Assembly: GCA_964409875.1 (NCBI GenBank)
Contig: CAYPEN010000006.1
Location: 1-52,280, forward strand
From: an uncultured Gammaproteobacteria bacterium
GTDB lineage: Bacteria; Patescibacteriota; Microgenomatia; Levybacterales; GWA1-39-11
DNA length: 52,280 nucleotides
Reading direction: 5' to 3'
The position numbers and the translations under genes are program-made. The notes below the pieces were generated by a model. The model was given only the letters and a program-made list of their open reading frames with translations. It made no database searches and had not been told where the DNA came from. This document shows, piece by piece, positions 35,486 through 41,803 of the stretch (position 1 is the first letter of the stretch; each line of letters starts with the position of its first letter).

Positions 35486-37858
35486 ATGGTTGTCCTCGCC
35501 AACAACCTCGTCACTCCGCAACCGCAGACCGAAGCGCAAGCTGCGGCGCAGGCGCAGGAAGCCGCGCGCCTTGCGATCGCCGAGGAGAAAGCGGAGGCTA
35601 CGGAGTACCAGCCGCAGCTCATCACCGCTTATCAAACCTCCTCCATGTACACACTGCGCGGCATCCCGCGCTACAACCCGGACAACCTGGTCGGGCGCAA
35701 GGGCCTGCGCGTGTACTCGGACATGATGAACGATGAGCAGGTGAAGGCGGTCATGAACTTTCGGCGCGACGCCGTGACCGCTCGCGCATGGACGCTGCGC
35801 TTCGAGGAAGGGTGCGACCTGCCCGAGGAAGAACAGGCTAACCGCGTTAGCCTCATGACCCGGCTCATCAACGAGATGGACGGGAGCTTCGTGGACGCGC
35901 TGAACGCGATCCTGCGCGCCATGATCTACGGTTACTCGGTTACGGAGAAAATCTACGACTACTGCGAGGTGGAGGGGCTAAACTACTACTACGTGGCGCA
36001 GGTGCAGGCCAAGCCCCTGGACACGTTCTGGTTCGAGTGCGACGCCTACGGGCGCATCACGAAGTTCTACCAGCTCCTCGGCGGCGTGAAGAACGAGCTG
36101 GACCTCGAAAAGTTCATCATCATGGTGCACAACCCCGAGGAGGACAACGTGTTTGGACGTTCGGAGCTGCGCGCGGCGTACCGCTCCTGGTACTCGAAGG
36201 ACGTGATCATCAAGTTCTGGAACCTGTGGATGGAGCGCATGGCGGGCGGGTTCCTTGCTGTGACGCGAGACCCTGCTGTGCAGACCGTGGTGCCAGGTAG
36301 CCCCGAGTACGCCGCGCTCCAGAAAGCCTTGTCCTCGATCACCACGACCACCAGCATGCTGCTCCCGGCTGGGTTCACGCCGCAGCTCATCACCCCTGGC
36401 AACACCGATCAATACGAAGCAGCACTCTCATGGCACGACAGGGCGATAGCGAAGAGCCAACTGGTCCCCAACCTCCTGGGTGTGTCGGACCAAGGTGCGC
36501 ACGGTGCGCTGGCCCAATCGACGACGCAACTGGAGGCGTTCGCCTGGACGCTGGCCAATATCTCCAGGCGTTTAGAAGACTGCGTGAACAGTCAGTTCCT
36601 GTACGAGCTGTGCGAGAAGAACTTTGGGGACGGCGAGTACCCGTCCTTTGCGTTCAGTGCCGTTACGGACGCGCAGCTCCAGTGGATCATCACGTCGTGG
36701 AAAGATCTAGTAGGCGCAAAGTCAATGCACGTCACGCCGAAGGACGAGGCGCATATTCGAAAGATCCTGGACTTCCCACCCATCACGGAAGAGGAGATAC
36801 AGGCAGCGGACGAGAAGGCCAAGGCGGACACCATCGAAATCGCACAAGCAAGCAGACCTGCCCCTGGTGCTTCACAGGGGAGTGCGTTTGGCCGCCGTGG
36901 TGCGCGTTCGACCGCTCATCCGCACGGAAAGCCGCGTACCGTTTCCTTGGATACGTTTACCCGCGCCGCCGCAAGGGTTGACTTCGCGGTAATTGACAAC
37001 TCGCTCAAGCGTATCGAGCGCGACCGCGTGAAGGACCTCGCAAAGGAGACGGCGCGCGCCCTGTCCCGACTCCTGACGGACGAGCGCCTCACTTTCATCC
37101 TGAAGGACGACATCACGCACATCGCGCATGTGGAGTTCGACGGCACCGACAAGGGACGCATCAAGCAGGTGTGCCGCGACGCGCTCCAGGCTGCGTGGTC
37201 CTTGGGCCGTGAAGAGGCGCAGCGCGAGATGGCCAAGGCGCGCAAGAAACCGTTCAAGCGCACGTTCGCCAACACGTTGTCGGATGCCATTAAGCTCCTC
37301 GACACAACCAGTTTTCGCATGGCGGGCGACCTCACCGACACTGCTCGACGCATCATCAGCACACAGCTCATCCAGGCGGTCAAGGGCAACAAGTCGGTCG
37401 GGGAAGCCCGCGATGCGATCATCGAGGCGTTCGTGAAGAAGGGCCTCACGGACGTCGACTCCATGGGCGACTACTTGGCCTCGGACCAGCGCGCGGTGCT
37501 GGAGGCATTGCAGGCCGAAGGGTACAAGGGGGATGACTCCTCCTACCTCGACACCATGATCAAGACCACGACCTTCGACGCCATGAACCAAGCGCGGTTG
37601 GACTCCTTCCGCGACCCGGACCTCGGGGACTTTGTTTCGGCCTTAGAGTACTCGGCGATCCTGGACGATCATACAACGGAGATATGTACCGAGCTCAATG
37701 GGAGCACTTGGCGCACAGACAATCCTCTGTGGGATATGTATACACCACCCAATCATTTTAACTGCCGATCAGTTGTAGTTCCGATTACAACGGTGGATGG
37801 GTGGGACGGCGAGGAAGATCCGGCCCCAAGTGTGCAGCCGCAGGAGGGCTTTAAGTGA
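35486..37858 (+). CDS. Portal protein (Mu gp29/DUF935-like) fused to a gpF-like head morphogenesis domain
   Basis: N-part GYSVTE...HNP...FG-x-S-x-LR-x-x-Y-x-x-W-x-x-K; C-part TT-x-x-DA-x-NQAR...Y-x-AILD-x-x-TT-x-x-C...PPNHFNCRS; one open frame of 790 aa. Confidence 0.88.
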   Translation: MVVLANNLVTPQPQTEAQAAAQAQEAARLAIAEEKAEATEYQPQLITAYQTSSMYTLRGIPRYNPDNLVGRKGLRVYSDMMNDEQVKAVMNFRRDAVTARAWTLRFEEGCDLPEEEQANRVSLMTRLINEMDGSFVDALNAILRAMIYGYSVTEKIYDYCEVEGLNYYYVAQVQAKPLDTFWFECDAYGRITKFYQLLGGVKNELDLEKFIIMVHNPEEDNVFGRSELRAAYRSWYSKDVIIKFWNLWMERMAGGFLAVTRDPAVQTVVPGSPEYAALQKALSSITTTTSMLLPAGFTPQLITPGNTDQYEAALSWHDRAIAKSQLVPNLLGVSDQGAHGALAQSTTQLEAFAWTLANISRRLEDCVNSQFLYELCEKNFGDGEYPSFAFSAVTDAQLQWIITSWKDLVGAKSMHVTPKDEAHIRKILDFPPITEEEIQAADEKAKADTIEIAQASRPAPGASQGSAFGRRGARSTAHPHGKPRTVSLDTFTRAAARVDFAVIDNSLKRIERDRVKDLAKETARALSRLLTDERLTFILKDDITHIAHVEFDGTDKGRIKQVCRDALQAAWSLGREEAQREMAKARKKPFKRTFANTLSDAIKLLDTTSFRMAGDLTDTARRIISTQLIQAVKGNKSVGEARDAIIEAFVKKGLTDVDSMGDYLASDQRAVLEALQAEGYKGDDSSYLDTMIKTTTFDAMNQARLDSFRDPDLGDFVSALEYSAILDDHTTEICTELNGSTWRTDNPLWDMYTPPNHFNCRSVVVPITTVDGWDGEEDPAPSVQPQEGFK

Positions 37859-37947
37859 AGGAGTTTATTCGCTGGACAAAGTGGTCGTTCCGCGTCTCTT
37901 TGTCGATGGTGGCCGTGGTGGGGGTCGTATGGGCGGTGTTCTCGTGA
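37855..37947 (+). CDS. 30-aa membrane peptide (not in ORF track)
   Basis: AGGAGG 7 nt upstream; MKEFIRWTKWSFRVSLSMVAVVGVVWAVFS*; GTGA overlaps at both ends. Confidence 0.5.
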   Translation: MKEFIRWTKWSFRVSLSMVAVVGVVWAVFS

Positions 37948-38132
37948 AGCGCATGTGCTGCCTGAATGTGCACATGCACTTCGAGGCCGATACGTTGGAG
38001 GAAGCGTGTTCGCTGCTGAGCGACCACTTTTTCGCGCTCAGTGAGAATGACCTTGAGTCCCCGGACATTCTTAAGTGCACCGAGGTCAGCAAGGCGAGCT
38101 TGCAACTATTGCAACAGGAAACACTCCATTGA
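37944..38132 (+). CDS. Hypothetical protein (62 aa)
   Basis: GTGA-coupled to the upstream peptide. Confidence 0.5.
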   Translation: MKRMCCLNVHMHFEADTLEEACSLLSDHFFALSENDLESPDILKCTEVSKASLQLLQQETLH

Positions 38133-38317
38133 GCATCACGATTGATATCGGCGGCCCTTTGCTGTTGCGCGTGTTGGACGAGGACGGCGTTTCCGTGCTG
38201 CTGGAGCGATACCTGCGCAAGGGCGAGACCCTGTTCCTGGACACGGAACCGGACCCGCCCGCGCAACGCGTGGTGACGATGGTCATGGGCGATAAGGTCG
38301 CATTGAAGGAAGGATGA
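38129..38317 (+). CDS. Hypothetical protein (62 aa)
   Basis: TTG start overlapping the upstream stop. Confidence 0.5.
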   Translation: MSITIDIGGPLLLRVLDEDGVSVLLERYLRKGETLFLDTEPDPPAQRVVTMVMGDKVALKEG

Positions 38318-38628
38318 TTGTGGCACGCATACTGGTGGACAATGTGCGCATGGCCGATGGCCAATTCGAGAAGTCCATCGCGCTGTGCGCGGCTGACGCG
38401 CTGCCCTTGTTCGGCGATGGTTGGCGCAATGACCATCATGTCAGCATGGCGGACGTGCTGCCTGTGTCCGGCGATGGGTGGCACAACCGCCTGGACGCGT
38501 GTTTCGTGGAGGAGATCGGCGTCATTACGCCCGACCAGTGGAACGCGCTCACGCATCTGGTGGCGGAGGACGAGGTGGAGCTTGAGAACAAACTTGCCGG
38601 GAGGCAGCAGACAACGTGGTTGAAATAA
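38314..38628 (+). CDS. Hypothetical protein with an internal 13-aa duplication
   Basis: ADALPLFGDGWRN / ADVLPVSGDGWHN; ATGA-coupled. Confidence 0.55.
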   Translation: MIVARILVDNVRMADGQFEKSIALCAADALPLFGDGWRNDHHVSMADVLPVSGDGWHNRLDACFVEEIGVITPDQWNALTHLVAEDEVELENKLAGRQQTTWLK

Positions 38629-39704
38629 AAGGCGCACACCTGTTCAGCGTCGGCACGTGGAACGACTTGACGTTCACGGAAGCCGACCTCGACCAGATCG
38701 TGCAATCGTTCAAAGACCTGAAGCTCTCGGGCCGCGTGCCGCTTAAGTTCGGGCACAACGACGAGCAGCCCATGACCGACGGCAAGCCCGCTATCGGCTG
38801 GGTGTCGCGCGTGTGGCGCGAGGGCAAGAAGCTGTTCGGCGACTTCAGCAACGTCCCGACCAAGGTGGCCGAGGCCATCAAGAACCAGCTGTACAAATTC
38901 GTTTCGATCGAGCTGTTACGCGATGCCGAGCGAGATGGGGTCACATACCCCTCAGTCCTCGACGCCGTAGCGCTCCTTGGCGCGGACCCTCCTGCGGTGC
39001 GCGATCTTGAATCTTTGAGCGCGCTAGCATGGTCACGCAAGGAAACCGGACTCCGGTTCTCTGCGCGACTCGCGTTCACGCAGGGAAACCCATCTTTCAA
39101 CAATTCAGGAGAATCCAAACCAATGGATAAAGAGGAAATCCAGCGAGCAATCGCGGAGGCACTCGCACCCATTCAGGCGCAGGCGACAGAACTTCAGCAG
39201 AAGTTCTCCGCCAGTGAAGATAAGGTTGCGAAGCTCACCGCCGAGAACGCTGCGCTGAAGAAGAGCGAAGAGGACCGCGCCAAGGCGGACCGTCAAGCGA
39301 AGATCGACGCCAACAAGGAGCGGTTCACCTCGATGACCGAGCGCGCCGTCAAGGCGGGCGAGATCACCCCGGCTGAACGCAACACGCTGCGCGAGAAATT
39401 CATGAAGGACGACGAAACCGTCCTCGCGATCGACTTCGCCATCGTCGAGATGCTCACGGGCAAGGCAGAGACCGACACGCGCAAGCGCAAGGTGGACGCC
39501 TTCTCACGCAGCAACGAGGACATGAACTCGGACGCTGACGAGGCCGCTGAATCCGCCAAGGTCAAGCTCGACGAGCACGTCGCGGGCATGATCACGCGCG
39601 GGGACAAGCGCGACAAGTTCACGCTGATGACCGAGGCCATGCGGTTGCACCCGCACCTGGCGCAGGCGGTCCACGGCACCTACCTGGCAGGAGATCGTGA
39701 GTAA
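38616..39704 (+). CDS. Prohead protease / scaffold (Mu gpI-like)
   Basis: GTWN...PLKFGH...A-x-GW...Y-x-x-VS-x-E...L-x-AVALLGA-x-PPAV; coiled-coil C-half. Confidence 0.85.
   Translation: MVEIKGAHLFSVGTWNDLTFTEADLDQIVQSFKDLKLSGRVPLKFGHNDEQPMTDGKPAIGWVSRVWREGKKLFGDFSNVPTKVAEAIKNQLYKFVSIELLRDAERDGVTYPSVLDAVALLGADPPAVRDLESLSALAWSRKETGLRFSARLAFTQGNPSFNNSGESKPMDKEEIQRAIAEALAPIQAQATELQQKFSASEDKVAKLTAENAALKKSEEDRAKADRQAKIDANKERFTSMTERAVKAGEITPAERNTLREKFMKDDETVLAIDFAIVEMLTGKAETDTRKRKVDAFSRSNEDMNSDADEAAESAKVKLDEHVAGMITRGDKRDKFTLMTEAMRLHPHLAQAVHGTYLAGDRE
39123..39704 (+). CDS. Putative internally initiated scaffolding protein
   Basis: In-frame ATG at 39123 preceded by AGGAG in a locally AT-rich patch, at the protease/coiled-coil boundary. 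Confidence 0.55.
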   Translation: MDKEEIQRAIAEALAPIQAQATELQQKFSASEDKVAKLTAENAALKKSEEDRAKADRQAKIDANKERFTSMTERAVKAGEITPAERNTLREKFMKDDETVLAIDFAIVEMLTGKAETDTRKRKVDAFSRSNEDMNSDADEAAESAKVKLDEHVAGMITRGDKRDKFTLMTEAMRLHPHLAQAVHGTYLAGDRE

Positions 39705-40087
39705 TGGCACTCGACGGACAGAACAGCAAGTGGCAGATCGTCGCGGCAGAAGACCTGCTGACGGGTGCCATGCACAAGGCGGTGGTGGTTGGCGGCACGC
39801 TCGCGCAGGCGGGCTCGGCCACCTACCCCATGCCTCCCTTCGGCATCTTGAAGTCCCAAGGCAAGAGCGGCGAGCAGGTCGCCGTGGCGGTCGAAGGATT
39901 CGTCAAGGCGTTCGTGGGTGGCGCGGTGAACACGCTCGGGTGGCCGCTCGTTGCGGCGAACTCCGGGTTCCTCGTCGCGGGCTCCTACGCCTCGGCGGGT
40001 TCCTCGCAGTACCCGGTCGTGGGACGCCTCGTGGGTCCCGGCGCTGCGGCGTCGGGTGATTTGGCAACCATCTTTTTGACGCCGTAA
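39704..40087 (+). CDS. Capsid decoration / cement protein (DUF2190-like)
   Basis: 127 aa Gly/Ala/Val-rich protein between protease and capsid; G-x-x-V-x-V-x-x-x-G pattern. Confidence 0.7.
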   Translation: MALDGQNSKWQIVAAEDLLTGAMHKAVVVGGTLAQAGSATYPMPPFGILKSQGKSGEQVAVAVEGFVKAFVGGAVNTLGWPLVAANSGFLVAGSYASAGSSQYPVVGRLVGPGAAASGDLATIFLTP

Positions 40088-40102
40088 GGAGGCGCGCAAA
40101 AC

Positions 40103-41071
40103 ATGAAAAGGCAAAAATTTGCGCAGTCTCAGGGCGTGCGCGACCTGCACCTGGCCACCTGGCTCAACCAGATGGCCATTGGCTACACGCCGCAGGGCAT
40201 CATCGCGGACCAGATCTTCCCGGTCATCCGCGTCGGCAAGCAGTCGGACATCTACCCGGTGTTCTCGCGTCAGGAAATGCTGACCATCGAGAACACGGAC
40301 CGTGCGCCCGGCACCGCCGCCAAGAAGATCACCCGGTCGGTCAGCTCCGGCACGTACTTCGCCAAGAACTACGCGCTGAAGACCGAGCTGACGGTGGAAG
40401 ATCGCGCCAACATGGACCCGGCGCTGGCGATGGAGTTGATCGGCGGGCGGGGACGCTACCTGCTCAACAAGCTGACCCTGGATTGGGACCGCCGCGTCTC
40501 GCTGCTGGTGAACAGCACGAGCAACGTCGGCAGCTCCGCCGTGGTCGGTTCCGCGTGGAGCGGTGCGGGTTCGCCCATCACCAACATGTGGACAGCGATC
40601 GACAACGTGCGGTATGCCACCGGCTACCGTCCGAACAAGGGCGTGCTCGGCACCAAGGCGTGGGACTCCCTGCGCCGCGACGTGACCGTGCGCAACCTCC
40701 TGTTCGGCACCAACAACGGCGGCGGCTATCCGTCGCTGGACCAGGTGAAGTCGATCTTCGAGCTGGATAGCGTGCTGATTGGCGCGTCGTTCTATTCCAG
40801 CACGAACGAGGCACAGGCTGAGTCGATCCAGGTGGTGTGGCCCGACAACGTGCTGATCTCCTACACCGCTCCCAACCCCACGCGCGATGACCCGTCCTTC
40901 GGTTATTCGTTCCGTTGGGCGGGAGAAGGTCTGTCGGAGTTCAACATTGAGGTCCACCCGTACGATCCCGTCATCAAGGCGGAAGAGATCGAGGCGGGCT
41001 ACTACCAGGACGAGAAGATCACCGGCAAGGAGTACAGCTTCCTGATCCGCGCCGTGAATAGCTCGCAGTAA
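40103..41071 (+). CDS. Major capsid protein
   Basis: 322 aa; IADQIFP-x-I-x-V-x-KQS-x-x-Y...RAPGT...P-x-x-x-V-x-G-x-x-x-W-x-x-L; position after the decoration gene. Confidence 0.88.
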   Translation: MKRQKFAQSQGVRDLHLATWLNQMAIGYTPQGIIADQIFPVIRVGKQSDIYPVFSRQEMLTIENTDRAPGTAAKKITRSVSSGTYFAKNYALKTELTVEDRANMDPALAMELIGGRGRYLLNKLTLDWDRRVSLLVNSTSNVGSSAVVGSAWSGAGSPITNMWTAIDNVRYATGYRPNKGVLGTKAWDSLRRDVTVRNLLFGTNNGGGYPSLDQVKSIFELDSVLIGASFYSSTNEAQAESIQVVWPDNVLISYTAPNPTRDDPSFGYSFRWAGEGLSEFNIEVHPYDPVIKAEEIEAGYYQDEKITGKEYSFLIRAVNSSQ

Positions 41072-41156
41072 GTTTCGCTTTCTCCGTGGGGCGAACGTCC
41101 TGGGCACGACGTAAAAAGGCCCACTTGTTCGATCAACACAGTTAAGGAGTATGACA

Positions 41157-41234
41157 ATGCCAGCCGTTCCAAGACGTCCCCCACCCAAGCCCAAAGGACC
41201 GCGCCCGCCGATGCCCGGGAAGAAGCCGTGCTGA
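41157..41234 (+). CDS. 25-aa Pro/Arg/Lys-rich peptide (not in ORF track)
   Basis: AAGGAG 7 nt upstream; MPAVPRRPPPKPKGPRPPMPGKKPC*. Confidence 0.5.
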   Translation: MPAVPRRPPPKPKGPRPPMPGKKPC

Positions 41235-41365
41235 GGAAGCCGGAGCCGGAGCGCAACGGCGAGCGCAAGCGCGACGCCGAGCGAACACGTGACCTGCGCG
41301 ACTGGCAGGCGGCGGTCAACAAGGGCTACCGCAACAAAGCCCTGCTGGAGAGGATGAAAAAATGA
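41228..41365 (+). CDS. 45-aa charged peptide (not in ORF track)
   Basis: MLRKPEPERNGERKRDAERTRDLRDWQAAVNKGYRNKALLERMKK*; overlaps both neighbours. Confidence 0.5.
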   Translation: MLRKPEPERNGERKRDAERTRDLRDWQAAVNKGYRNKALLERMKK

Positions 41366-41526
41366 TGCCCGATGACGAGACCCCAGCGGCGGAAGCCGCG
41401 CCCGAGGCTGCGGAAGTGCCTGCCGAGGAAAAGCCCACGCGCCTGGAGAGCGTGGACCAAGACAACACCACCAATCGTTACGGCGAGCGTGCGCCGAACG
41501 AACTGAAGCAACCGAAGGAGGAATGA
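41362..41526 (+). CDS. 54-aa acidic peptide (not in ORF track)
   Basis: GGAGAGG RBS; MMPDDETPAAEAAPEAAEVPAEEK...; ATGA-coupled. Confidence 0.55.
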   Translation: MMPDDETPAAEAAPEAAEVPAEEKPTRLESVDQDNTTNRYGERAPNELKQPKEE

Positions 41527-41789
41527 TGCTGCGCCCATGCAACACAGACGGGACCGTGAAGGACCCGAAGGATTACACGATCGGTGAGCGCGAGGCTGTC
41601 ATCATCGAGATCGAAAACGCCTCGCGCGGTCGCGCGGCGGGTCCCGAGGCCGTGGCCTTCGCACACCGTCTGCGAGACGACTACAAGGGCGAGGGCAAGG
41701 TCCTGGGTGGCCGCGACCTCGACATCAACACGCAGGCGGTCACCCCCTCCAAGGGCGCGGCGGACCTGCTCTCTTCACGCAAGAATTGA
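41523..41789 (+). CDS. Hypothetical protein
   Basis: 88 aa, AAGGAGG RBS, ATGA-coupled. Confidence 0.65.
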   Translation: MMLRPCNTDGTVKDPKDYTIGEREAVIIEIENASRGRAAGPEAVAFAHRLRDDYKGEGKVLGGRDLDINTQAVTPSKGAADLLSSRKN

Positions 41790-41803
41790 CAGGAGGCACG
41801 AAA

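Noticed and set aside
41086-41120. Rho-independent terminator after the capsid gene
   Set aside because: Only a 5-bp stem (ACGTC/GACGT) followed by A's rather than U's on the coding strand
39680-41545. 621-aa ORF spanning the capsid region
   Set aside because: Overlaps the decoration and capsid genes; the Arg/Gly-rich translation has no recognisable motif and reads like an off-frame shadow
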